A stretch of DNA of 64,000 nt, taken from the NCBI GenBank assembly GCA_037310415.1, contig CP147780.1, positions 224,001 to 288,000 on the forward strand, given 5' to 3'. The stretch comes from Candidatus Atabeyarchaeum deiterrae. GTDB lineage: Archaea > Asgardarchaeota > Atabeyarchaeia > Atabeyarchaeales > Atabeyarchaeaceae. Below, piece by piece: positions 8,779 through 18,006 of the stretch. The notes beneath the pieces were generated by a model. That model was not told the origin of the DNA, made no database searches, and was given only the letters and a program-made list of their open reading frames with translations. Each line of letters opens with the position of its first letter. The first letter of the stretch is position 1. The position numbers were made by a program, and so were the translations under genes.

Positions 8779-10566
8779 ATGCCGCGAGTTGTCATATTGA
8801 ATAGGGACAGATGCAAGTCGAAGGACTGCGGAAGACCTTGTATCAAGTACTGCCCCAGAGTCAGAGCAGGAGATGAAACAATAGTCATCAATCCTGGCGA
8901 GGAGTATCCCTATATCGCCGAGAACCTCTGCTCGGGAGAAGGTATCTGCGTCAAGAAATGTCCTTTTGGAGCCCTCAGAGTAGTGAATACACCCGAAACG
9001 GTGGAAGGGGAGCTGATCCACCGCTATGGACCCAATATGTTTGAGCTTTATCGGCTTCCGATTCCACGGGCTGGAAAAGTCACGGGATTGGTCGGTCCGA
9101 ATGGGGCAGGGAAGACTACAGCGCTAAGGATCCTAGCAGGTGAAATCAAGCCGAATCTGGGTAAATACAACAATCCGCCAGATTGGTCGGAGATAATAAG
9201 GTTCTATCGCGGCTCCGAATTGCAGGGATACTTTGAGAAAATGGAAGCGGGAAAACTCAAAGTCATACATAAACCTCAGTATATCACGAAGTTGCCCAAT
9301 GTTGTGAAAGGCGAAGTTAAGCAACTCCTTCAGAAAGCAGACGAGAGAGGAGTATCCAAGGAGTTGATGAAAGAGCTGGGATTAACAAACGTCGCGGACA
9401 GAGATATTAGCGTCTTGTCTGGGGGAGAACTCCAACGAGTGGCCGTTGCCGCAACTCTGGAAAGAGATTTTGACGTATATCTTCTTGATGAGCCCAGCAG
9501 CTACCTTGACGTTAAGGAACGCATAATCGTAGCAAAGACAATTCGAAGCGTAGCGGAATTAGGGAAAACGGTTGTTACCGTCGAACATGATCTTGCCATG
9601 CTTGATCTTCTCTCCGACTACGTGTGCATGTTCTATGGAGAACCAGGTGCTTTCGGAGTGATCTCGCATCCATATGGGGTGCGTGAAGGAATCAACGCCT
9701 ATCTTGATGGATTCATCACAGATGAAAACGTAAGATTCAGAACCGAGTCCGTGAGGTTCGATGTCCGACCTGCTCCAGTTGGGACAACCAACGTCGAAGA
9801 CATCATTCTGAAATTCGAACCCATGACTAAGAAACTGGGAGATTTTACGCTTTCAACACAGGCGGGAGATGTAAGAAAGGGAGAAACTATAGGAATCCTT
9901 GGACCAAATGGAATAGGCAAAACAACTTTCGTAAAGTTGCTGGCGTGCATGGTGGAGCCAGACGAGGGTATTTCGCCGCCTGCAAAGATCAAAGTCTCCT
10001 ACAAGCCTCAGTATCTAAGCGCAGACTTCGATGGGACAGTGATGGATCTGCTGAAAAGCGCAGCTGGGAAAAACTTCTCAGCAGGAGCATACGATTCAGA
10101 GGTAATTCAACCCCTTGAACTCAGACCACTGCTTGATCGAATGATCAAAGAACTCTCAGGCGGAGAACTTCAAAAAGTAGCAATAGCAGCGTGTCTATCA
10201 AGAGAGGCAGATCTATATCTCCTTGACGAACCAAGCGCTTACATCGATGCCGAATCAAGACTCGCAGTTGCCAAGATGATTAGAAGAAATGTAGAGAAGC
10301 GGGGCAATGCCGCATTCGTAGTTGAACATGACATCATGATCGTTGATTGGATCAGTGATCGTCTGATGGTTTTTGCCGGTGAGCCTAGTATAAGGGGGGT
10401 AGCCTCCGCTCCTATGGATTTGAGAACAGGGATGAACATGTTCCTTCGTGAGCTTGGCATAACTTATCGACGTGACATCCATTCAGGTAGACCAAGAGTA
10501 AACAAAGAGAATTCGCGACTTGATACGGAACAGAAAGCGAAAGGAGAATACTACTACGTTGCTTGA
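8779..10566 (+). CDS. rli: Ribosome recycling ATPase ABCE1/Rli1
   Basis: N-terminal Fe-S Cys clusters, two ABC domains (GPNGAGKT, GPNGIGKT, LSGGELQ twice) and a C-terminal GEYYY. Confidence 0.96.
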   Translation: MPRVVILNRDRCKSKDCGRPCIKYCPRVRAGDETIVINPGEEYPYIAENLCSGEGICVKKCPFGALRVVNTPETVEGELIHRYGPNMFELYRLPIPRAGKVTGLVGPNGAGKTTALRILAGEIKPNLGKYNNPPDWSEIIRFYRGSELQGYFEKMEAGKLKVIHKPQYITKLPNVVKGEVKQLLQKADERGVSKELMKELGLTNVADRDISVLSGGELQRVAVAATLERDFDVYLLDEPSSYLDVKERIIVAKTIRSVAELGKTVVTVEHDLAMLDLLSDYVCMFYGEPGAFGVISHPYGVREGINAYLDGFITDENVRFRTESVRFDVRPAPVGTTNVEDIILKFEPMTKKLGDFTLSTQAGDVRKGETIGILGPNGIGKTTFVKLLACMVEPDEGISPPAKIKVSYKPQYLSADFDGTVMDLLKSAAGKNFSAGAYDSEVIQPLELRPLLDRMIKELSGGELQKVAIAACLSREADLYLLDEPSAYIDAESRLAVAKMIRRNVEKRGNAAFVVEHDIMIVDWISDRLMVFAGEPSIRGVASAPMDLRTGMNMFLRELGITYRRDIHSGRPRVNKENSRLDTEQKAKGEYYYVA

Positions 10567-10707
10567 CTCCAGAATCAAATAACGGGCAGGGCAACCAAAA
10601 GATAATACCTCAATGTCTCGTTTTCCTGCTATGTTTGCCCATGGTGATTCATTGATCGAAATTCCCTTCCCTATTTTCAGATGAGGGTGTTTTACAGCTA
10701 GAAAACA

Positions 10708-10716
10708 TTATATAAA
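10708..10716 (+). promoter_or_regulatory. Probable TATA box of fbp
   Basis: TTATATAAA after a purine-rich GAAAA, about 55 nt before the TTG start; GGAGG lies just upstream of the start. Confidence 0.5.
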
Positions 10717-10771
10717 CCTTGAATCTACCGAGTAAATTGAGGTTGACAAGAGTCGGAGGAGAAGTAAAAAT

Positions 10772-11875
10772 TTGGCTGATAAAACAACAGTTTCAATAAT
10801 TAAGGCTGACATCGGCTCCTTAGCTGGACATCACATCGTGCATCAAGATTGTATGGATATGGCTTCAGAGGCCTTGGAGAAAGCTAAGAAAGATGAAGTC
10901 ATCGTTGATTATCGCGTAACACATTGCGGTGATGACCTTGAGCTAATCATGTCGCATAAGAAGGGAGAGGATAGCACAGAGATTCATGAACTTGCATGGA
11001 ACACCTTCAAAGGAGCAGCGGAGGTAGCAAAAGAACTCAAACTCTATGCTGCTGGACAGGATCTCCTCAAAGACACATTCTCAGGCAATGTGAAGGGAAT
11101 GGGTCCGGGGGTTGCAGAAATGGAATTCGAGGAGAGAATAAGTGAGCCTGTTGTAGCGCTGCTTGCCGACAAAACCGCTCCTGGAGCTTTCAACTTGCCG
11201 CTTTTCAGGATATTTGCCGATCCGTTTTGCACAGCGGGCTTGATAATCGATCCAGAAATGCATGGAGGATTCAGCTTCGAAATAATGGATGTGAGGGAAA
11301 ACAAGGTGATCACCCTCAAGACTCCAGATGAGAATTATGACCTGTTGGCTTTGATTGGAACAACCGGACGATATATAATAAGGAGGATTCTCAGAACTAG
11401 TGACAACTTCTTCGCAGCTGCAGTAAGCACAACACGGTTATCGCTTATCGCAGGCAAATATGTTGGAAAGGATGACCCTGTCGCGCTTGTTAGAGCACAA
11501 CATGGACTTCCAGCGGTGGGTGAGATACTTGAAGCTTTTGCGTTCCCACATTTGGTGACAGGTTGGATGAGAGGAAGTCACTATGGCCCCTTAATGCCAG
11601 TCGGACTGAACAACGCTAAGTGCACAAGATTTGATGGACCGCCACGCATGGTAGCACTGGGGTTCCAAGTCAACAATGCTAGTCTGGTCGGTCCAGCAGA
11701 TCTCTTCGACGACTGTGCCTTTGACAGAGCAAGATCGATGGCAAATGAAATAGCGGATTACATGAAGCGACATGGACCATTTGAGCCAGGGAGACTTGAG
11801 ATGGAGGAAGTTGAGTACACTGGGATACAGAAAGTTCTCCAAGACCTCAAACCAAGATTCAAGCCAGTAGAGTGA
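10772..11875 (+). CDS. fbp: Fructose-1,6-bisphosphate aldolase/phosphatase
   Basis: IKADIGS..GH, GDD, YAAGQDLL, DKTAPGAFN, YVGKDDP, GWMRGSH and RFDGPPR. Confidence 0.96.
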   Translation: MADKTTVSIIKADIGSLAGHHIVHQDCMDMASEALEKAKKDEVIVDYRVTHCGDDLELIMSHKKGEDSTEIHELAWNTFKGAAEVAKELKLYAAGQDLLKDTFSGNVKGMGPGVAEMEFEERISEPVVALLADKTAPGAFNLPLFRIFADPFCTAGLIIDPEMHGGFSFEIMDVRENKVITLKTPDENYDLLALIGTTGRYIIRRILRTSDNFFAAAVSTTRLSLIAGKYVGKDDPVALVRAQHGLPAVGEILEAFAFPHLVTGWMRGSHYGPLMPVGLNNAKCTRFDGPPRMVALGFQVNNASLVGPADLFDDCAFDRARSMANEIADYMKRHGPFEPGRLEMEEVEYTGIQKVLQDLKPRFKPVE

Positions 11876-11988
11876 AAGCCAACGAGTCGATAGCCTCAAA
11901 GTAGTCGACCATCATTCATATATAACAATTCATTCATCTGATAAGACAATACCCTGCAACGCCACGAATAAGGAGGAACTGATAATCC

Positions 11989-12462
11989 GTGTGTCCTCTA
12001 AGAGGTAAGAAGAAGAAGGCAAAGAAGGAGGAAGAAGAAGAGGAGCAGCTGGAAGAAGAGAAGATTGAACTCCCACCACCACCTCTGCCAACGCCTGTAG
12101 AATGGCTAAGCGGGTTGACTAGCTCAAGCGAAGTGCAAAGCGACCTTCCGTTACTACCAGATGTTGACATGCAGTTCCAAGTGGGCAGCCACCTGGTCAG
12201 GTTCGTGAAGAAGGGACTCGAGAAACCCATGATAAGTGAAGAGAGAAGTCTCAGACCAGATGCTATCATTATGGTCTCAGAAAAAGCTTGGAGACAACTG
12301 CTCAAAGCGCACGACCTTGACGACTTCCTAAATCAGTATAGAAAGTATTCTAGAAACCCTGCACCCGAGGAATACATAAAGGTTCAGATCAATAAGGAGA
12401 AATTGCTTTCAGATCGAGGAATTCTGCGGTCGAGGCTCTTCAAAGGTCTCTTGGCAAGCTGA
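11989..12462 (+). CDS. Hypothetical protein with K/E-rich, polyproline N-terminus and possible SCP2-like domain
   Basis: GGAGG before the start; low-complexity N-terminus; PDAIIMVSEKAWRQLL resembles the SCP2 core. Confidence 0.55.
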   Translation: MCPLRGKKKKAKKEEEEEEQLEEEKIELPPPPLPTPVEWLSGLTSSSEVQSDLPLLPDVDMQFQVGSHLVRFVKKGLEKPMISEERSLRPDAIIMVSEKAWRQLLKAHDLDDFLNQYRKYSRNPAPEEYIKVQINKEKLLSDRGILRSRLFKGLLAS

Positions 12463-12533
12463 GTGAATACCAGTTGATATGTATTCAACTTCTTTTTCTT
12501 GCACTATAAGCGCAGTTAGGGGGATCAACTTTT

Positions 12534-13220
12534 TTGACGCGAATTGAGAAGCCAATGATTATACTGAATTTCAAGTGCTATGGTGAGTCGATCGGATCAA
12601 ATGCCGTGAAGCTCGCGAAGATCAGCAAGAAAGTGAGTGAGGATACTGGAATGACCATCATCGTTGCCCCGACATTCATCGACATCGAGAGAGTTGTCTC
12701 GGAGGTTTCGATACCCGTTTTCTCTCAACACATTGATTCAGTTGAGTTAGGTAGTCATACTGGGTATATCCCTCCTGAAGCTGTGAAGGAAGCCGGAGCG
12801 GTGGGTTCGTTAGTGAATCATTCGGAGAGGAGGCTCCTCCTTGCTGATGTAGACGCTTGCATTTCCAGGGCGAAAAGCGTGGGCCTTCAGACTTGTATTT
12901 GCTCAAATAACGCTTCTGTGAGCGCGGCAGCGGCCACTTTGAATCCAACAATAGTTGCTGTTGAGCCGCCAGAGTTAATCGGCTCTGGCAGATCTGTGTC
13001 GAAAACCAAACCTGAGGTTGTCACCAGTACGGTTGACTTGATCCGCAAGGTCAATGATGAGGTCATAATACTGTGTGGCGCTGGGATAGCTACGGCTGAA
13101 GATGCCCGCGCAGCGATCAAGTTGGGTACAGAAGGGATTCTTCTGGCTTCAGCCTTCACGAAAGCTGCAGATCCGCAGAAGGTTCTTTACGAACTTGTCG
13201 ACGGCCTGAACAAACGATAG
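12534..13220 (+). CDS. tpiA: Triosephosphate isomerase, archaeal type
   Basis: NFK, QHID, GSHTG, NHSERR, AVEPPELIG and CGAGI. Confidence 0.96.
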   Translation: MTRIEKPMIILNFKCYGESIGSNAVKLAKISKKVSEDTGMTIIVAPTFIDIERVVSEVSIPVFSQHIDSVELGSHTGYIPPEAVKEAGAVGSLVNHSERRLLLADVDACISRAKSVGLQTCICSNNASVSAAAATLNPTIVAVEPPELIGSGRSVSKTKPEVVTSTVDLIRKVNDEVIILCGAGIATAEDARAAIKLGTEGILLASAFTKAADPQKVLYELVDGLNKR

Positions 13221-13252
13221 AGACAGCGAAATGGGGAACGAGTGACTTTCAA

Positions 13253-14143
13253 TTGAAAGTTAAAAGGATATGCGCTGCCTGTATGTTGCACCGTGGAATC
13301 AAGGAAATTGAACTTGCAACTTCGGATCCCGAGATCGGGATACGCACCATTAGAAAACTACTCGGTTTTCTTTCAGAGAACTTTTCATCTGACGCTGTTT
13401 CTGCAATCCTTGGGACTAAGAGAGATCGTCTAATAAGAAAGGAAACATGCTGCGATGACCCTTACGAAGAGAAGAAAAAAATCTCAAATGATTACGCTCT
13501 GGAATTGCTTCCGAGCATAAGGAGAATTCTGAAAGGGGAGCAAGAGGGCTACAGTAGGTTCAGAAAGGCTTGCCTAGTGGCTATAGTTGCAAACTCCATC
13601 GAGTTTGACATGCTTGAACATGACCAGAAGTTTGAGAACTTTCCAGATCTAATTGCCAAAGCTGAGCAAGATCTGGAAATCGATGACATTCAGAGCATCT
13701 ACTCAATGGTCAAGGACGCGAAGAGGATACTCTACCTCACTGACAATGCCGGAGAGATTGTAATAGACGGTCTTCTTATTGAAGAGATAAAGAAACTCGG
13801 GCCAAACATTGTAGCGGCTGTGAAAGAAGGACCCGTCCTGAACGATGCCCTGATGAAGGATGCAGTCATAGCCAAAATACCACAGATAGCAGATCGAGTG
13901 ATCACAACTGGTACTGACTCAGTTGGACTCATAATCTCCGAGTCATCAAAGGAGCTAAAAAGATATCTTGAAGAATCAGATCTGATAATATCCAAAGGAA
14001 TGGGGAACTACGAAACAATAAGCGAAGAGAACTTATCCAGCAAGTGCATCGCCTATCTTCTTAGAGCAAAGTGTAGCGCAGTTGCAGAAGATCTAGGTGT
14101 CAAGCACGGTTCCAACGTAGCAAAACTGCACTGCTGGAAATAG
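13253..14143 (+). CDS. DUF89/ARMT1-like damage-control phosphatase
   Basis: CAAC, DPYEEKK, ANSIE, TDNAGEI, NDA and KGMGNYE. Confidence 0.88.
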   Translation: MKVKRICAACMLHRGIKEIELATSDPEIGIRTIRKLLGFLSENFSSDAVSAILGTKRDRLIRKETCCDDPYEEKKKISNDYALELLPSIRRILKGEQEGYSRFRKACLVAIVANSIEFDMLEHDQKFENFPDLIAKAEQDLEIDDIQSIYSMVKDAKRILYLTDNAGEIVIDGLLIEEIKKLGPNIVAAVKEGPVLNDALMKDAVIAKIPQIADRVITTGTDSVGLIISESSKELKRYLEESDLIISKGMGNYETISEENLSSKCIAYLLRAKCSAVAEDLGVKHGSNVAKLHCWK

Positions 14144-14180
14144 AGAACAGGATGACCTTTTCTTGAGCCATAGGGAATCC

Positions 14181-17100
14181 TCAATACTCTGGCGGGGCAC
14201 CCTCTGTCAATCTGACCCTTGTTCTGCGCTGAATGATTAGTATGATCATCACGGGAACAGCGACAGAAATTAACAGCACTGTGAAAATCATCAACACCGG
14301 GGTTTCCACTCGCGGCACAACCCAGACGTAGGCATAGTCTAATGAGTACGCTCCATCTGAATCCACGAGCAGAAGGAAAAGAGCATAAAGACTAGATGGA
14401 AAAGCCAGTTCCGTATTCGAAGCCAGAGTATAGACGTAAGTAGAAGACGGAATCGTCAACGTTCCCCTAAAGCCCTGCGAAGTATTATCATACTGCAGTG
14501 CAGATAGGACGACCTCCGAGTATAGGAAACCAGGTGCATAGTAAAGGTAAGGATCTATCAATATTGCATACGCTTTCATCGTACTCCTGGCTCCTGCGCC
14601 ATCATCTTCAACATCAGTACCGTTAACAACGACTGATATAGTGTCTCCCAGTCTGACAGACAGGATACTCGAGGGAGGCAGCGCCGTGAGCGGCTGTGAA
14701 TTAATCGTTGAGGTCACATTACTAAGTTGTGGGTCTATGCTCGCAACCATGATCATATTCACTTCGTTGAAGATCGATGAATGATTCCCGCTGGTTGCTG
14801 AAATCCAGTACATGTAAACGTCGGTGCTGTTGTTCGGGGTGGGCATGTATTTTGCATAGTAAGTTGTCGCGCTTGTTGGTGTCGTCTTCAGAGTAACGTA
14901 TGTGATGGTCTTGCTGTTTGGCAAGTAGAAGTTTGGATATCGCGTCAAGTATATGGTCACGTTTGAAATGCTTGATGTTGTGACAGTGAAGTTCACATAG
15001 TCCCCTCCATATCTCGTTATCATCGGCGCGCCACTTGGCAGAAGGCCTTGCAGGTATTGAGGGAGTGGATACGCGGGATTATGATAAGTTGCGAGAGCGA
15101 CATTCTGGATTTCCGGCGGGGAATTGACAACCTCGATCTCAAGAGTTCTTGCGATTTGTTGCCCGAGGTAGGTCATGTTGAAGTGGAAGGAGTAGAATCC
15201 TTCAGACTGAAGTGTTATGGACACGTTGTAATAGATCCCGCTAATATTCGTCAAACCAATGGGTATCCATGTTCCGTTGTAGGAAGTGCCTTCAACTTGT
15301 ATTGAATGGAGTAGCTGCCCAGAAGTTCTGTTGATTACCATTGCTCCGATCCCGAATGTCTCGCCACTCTTAACACGTGTTTTGGAGACAATGGTCTCAA
15401 TTGTCGCATTCTTCTTACTCAGCAGCCAGTTAACAATGTTCTCTATCAACTTTTTGTTGCCAGGAAATGAAGCGTCGTTCAACTGATCGTCCAGAGTGAA
15501 TTGGATGCTTCCAGAAGCAACTATTCTCCCACCATTTGGAACGTCGCATGCTGCCAACATGGGAGAGTAGTTCCATTCTTGAGGTGAAAATGCAAGCGAG
15601 TTCGCTTTGGATGTGTTAACTGAAAGACTTGAACCAAAATCGAAGAGGTAGCTGCCTACACCTGAGGTGATTGGATGAGTTGACAGATTTGATATAACAA
15701 CATCTGATGTTATTTGTTTCTCAATTGCCAGATCAATGTAATTTGCCACGTAGTCCGACATGTATCGAATGCCATAACGGGCTATTATCCCGTTCACGGC
15801 TTCTGTGACCATGTTAGGATAATGATCGCCCAGGATGAGCAGGGAACCATTGCCTTCAACAAACCTCTGGATTGCAGCTAATTCTTCTGAACCGAACATT
15901 ATTCTGGGATCTGGTAAAACCAGTATGTCATATTGACTTATCTTCGGGTAAGTTATCGGGCTATTGTCTTCGTAGACGCTATACCCGTGGGCAGTCAAGT
16001 CCGAGGCGAGTTTGTAGAGTGTGGATTTTGTAGAGTATGTAGAATCAGTATGAAATAGATCAAAGTACATGCGCCCCTTGGGGGCCGCAACGGTGAAACT
16101 CGTAGAGACGCTGCCAACCAATGCTCCAGAAGTTGTGTTTCTGAACAGAATCTGACCCATATACCGACCCAGACTTGCATTAACAGGTATTGAGACGTTT
16201 ACGTGTAGAGTTGAAAGACCTACTATGTTTGTGAAGCTTGAATTGCCAAGTCTAGTGAATTGTGTCGCATTTCCACCATTTAGAGAGACAGTCAGGTTTG
16301 TGGTGGAGGCGGCTAGCACGGACACCGCTACCTCAATCGAGTCGCCCAAGTACCCAACGAAGTAAGGCGGGTTTATCAACTGCGATGGGTAAAACATCAT
16401 GATCGGATAATGAGATCTAGAACCGAAGCGACTCAAATACTGGTAAGCGTTACCAACGTTGATCAGCCCTGAGCCAAAAGTGTTGACGTCAGAGCCAAGG
16501 CTCGTAGATGTATTCATCAACGCTATTCTGATTGTGGCGGCTATCTCAGCTTTGGTGGTTGTTGAATTGAGTGTGCTCAGAAGTGGAGAACTCAGTAGCA
16601 GAGCAACTGATCCTGAGACCAGTGGAGCTGCTGCACTTGTTCCACTTAGCGATACATAATCCCCAGTTGTTAAGCCGACGCGAGTCGCATAATAGAAGAT
16701 TGCTGAATCCGTTGATAACGTAGACACTATGTTAACGCCGGGCGCAAGAACATCGGGGTACGCTCGTCCATCTATCGTTGGTCCCCTACTGCTGAAGGAC
16801 GCTATGGAACTTGTTCCATCAGACGCTCCAACTGATATCGCAAGTCTCGCCGCCGCTGGAACGCCTCCAGTCGAGTAGCTTGGTCCTTCATTGCCTGCGG
16901 AGACCACAACGACTACCCCTTTTCTCACGGCGTTGTCAACTGCCAGACTTAAGGGGTCATCCGGGTCCGGTGATCCTCCGCCGAGCGATAGGTTGATCAC
17001 GTTGGCACTTTGATTAACAGACCATTCTACTGCTTTGATTATTCCAGCCGTAAATCCTTGACCGAACATATCGATGCATTTGGCGCTGATTAGACTTGCA

Positions 17101-17822
17101 CGCGGGGCAACCCCCTGATAATCTGGGGATATAACTCCAGCCCCCGCAACGATTCCAGCTACATAGGTTCCATGGCCAAAGTTGTCGGTAGTATCTTCGT
17201 CTTGGGTGTAGTTGTAGGCTGTCCGTACGAATGAAGCACTATCGATGACCTTGCCACTCAGATCAAGGTGACTTGAGTCGATACCGCTATCTGCAATCGC
17301 CACCTTTATACCCATTCCCCCGAACATGCTCCTTAGTGATGAAGCATTAATCGCGTCAATCCAGGGGGACCCAGGGGATCTCAAGTTCACAATGCCAGTG
17401 CTCTGGTACACTGGCTCGATTTTGATTTCCCTATTCAAGTAAATTGACTTGATTTCACCAACGGAGAAGAGCTCGCTGACTTTGTTTAGTGGAAGCTCAA
17501 CCAAAGCTGCCGGAATAATACTGAAAGTTGTGATTAGTTTACAGCCTGTGAGTCGCCTGATGCTCTCAAATGGCCTCGGATCAGATCCATCCTTGAGTAA
17601 AACTATTACCTGCACATTACTGCTTGTCGGATTGTTCAACAGTTCTTCCAGCTTGGGATCTATGCTGGGGAGTTGTTGCGGAATGTCAGCTGCGGGCACT
17701 ATATGCTGGCTAGGTCTTGCATTGAGTGGCGATATCAACATTGGCGGGGCGACGAAGATCGAGACCAAGAGTATAACAGCGGTTAAACGAACACAATATC
17801 TTATGTTGGCTCTACCTCTCAA
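14181..17822 (-). CDS. Membrane-anchored S8 subtilase with GIFT/DUF4350-like domain (Site-1-protease-like architecture)
   Basis: Signal peptide, prodomain, catalytic triad (ADSGID, GHGTYVAG, SGTSAAAP), GIFT-like domain (YFDLFH..GY.V..YDILVLP..GSLLILGD), C-terminal TM helix and basic tail. Confidence 0.85.
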   Translation of the reverse strand: MRGRANIRYCVRLTAVILLVSIFVAPPMLISPLNARPSQHIVPAADIPQQLPSIDPKLEELLNNPTSSNVQVIVLLKDGSDPRPFESIRRLTGCKLITTFSIIPAALVELPLNKVSELFSVGEIKSIYLNREIKIEPVYQSTGIVNLRSPGSPWIDAINASSLRSMFGGMGIKVAIADSGIDSSHLDLSGKVIDSASFVRTAYNYTQDEDTTDNFGHGTYVAGIVAGAGVISPDYQGVAPRASLISAKCIDMFGQGFTAGIIKAVEWSVNQSANVINLSLGGGSPDPDDPLSLAVDNAVRKGVVVVVSAGNEGPSYSTGGVPAAARLAISVGASDGTSSIASFSSRGPTIDGRAYPDVLAPGVNIVSTLSTDSAIFYYATRVGLTTGDYVSLSGTSAAAPLVSGSVALLLSSPLLSTLNSTTTKAEIAATIRIALMNTSTSLGSDVNTFGSGLINVGNAYQYLSRFGSRSHYPIMMFYPSQLINPPYFVGYLGDSIEVAVSVLAASTTNLTVSLNGGNATQFTRLGNSSFTNIVGLSTLHVNVSIPVNASLGRYMGQILFRNTTSGALVGSVSTSFTVAAPKGRMYFDLFHTDSTYSTKSTLYKLASDLTAHGYSVYEDNSPITYPKISQYDILVLPDPRIMFGSEELAAIQRFVEGNGSLLILGDHYPNMVTEAVNGIIARYGIRYMSDYVANYIDLAIEKQITSDVVISNLSTHPITSGVGSYLFDFGSSLSVNTSKANSLAFSPQEWNYSPMLAACDVPNGGRIVASGSIQFTLDDQLNDASFPGNKKLIENIVNWLLSKKNATIETIVSKTRVKSGETFGIGAMVINRTSGQLLHSIQVEGTSYNGTWIPIGLTNISGIYYNVSITLQSEGFYSFHFNMTYLGQQIARTLEIEVVNSPPEIQNVALATYHNPAYPLPQYLQGLLPSGAPMITRYGGDYVNFTVTTSSISNVTIYLTRYPNFYLPNSKTITYVTLKTTPTSATTYYAKYMPTPNNSTDVYMYWISATSGNHSSIFNEVNMIMVASIDPQLSNVTSTINSQPLTALPPSSILSVRLGDTISVVVNGTDVEDDGAGARSTMKAYAILIDPYLYYAPGFLYSEVVLSALQYDNTSQGFRGTLTIPSSTYVYTLASNTELAFPSSLYALFLLLVDSDGAYSLDYAYVWVVPRVETPVLMIFTVLLISVAVPVMIILIIQRRTRVRLTEGAPPEY

Positions 17823-18006
17823 AGTGCTCTCCCCGAGCCCTTACTCTTTGCTCCACAATTCGTTTATACAATCGGTACTATTCCTAATTAAGAGTTTCGT
17901 GTCGCTGAGACGCACAGCAGAGATCAAGACAAGACAGAATGAGACCGAGCGCAGCCAGATAGATCCAAAGGGTGGCACTCAGAGATCTTCAAGACATGCT
18001 GGCGTT

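Noticed and set aside
12005-12062. GAA/GAG-rich repeats (also 34760-34790 and 37280-37325)
   Set aside because: They encode Lys/Glu tracts and are not independent repeats or CRISPR arrays.
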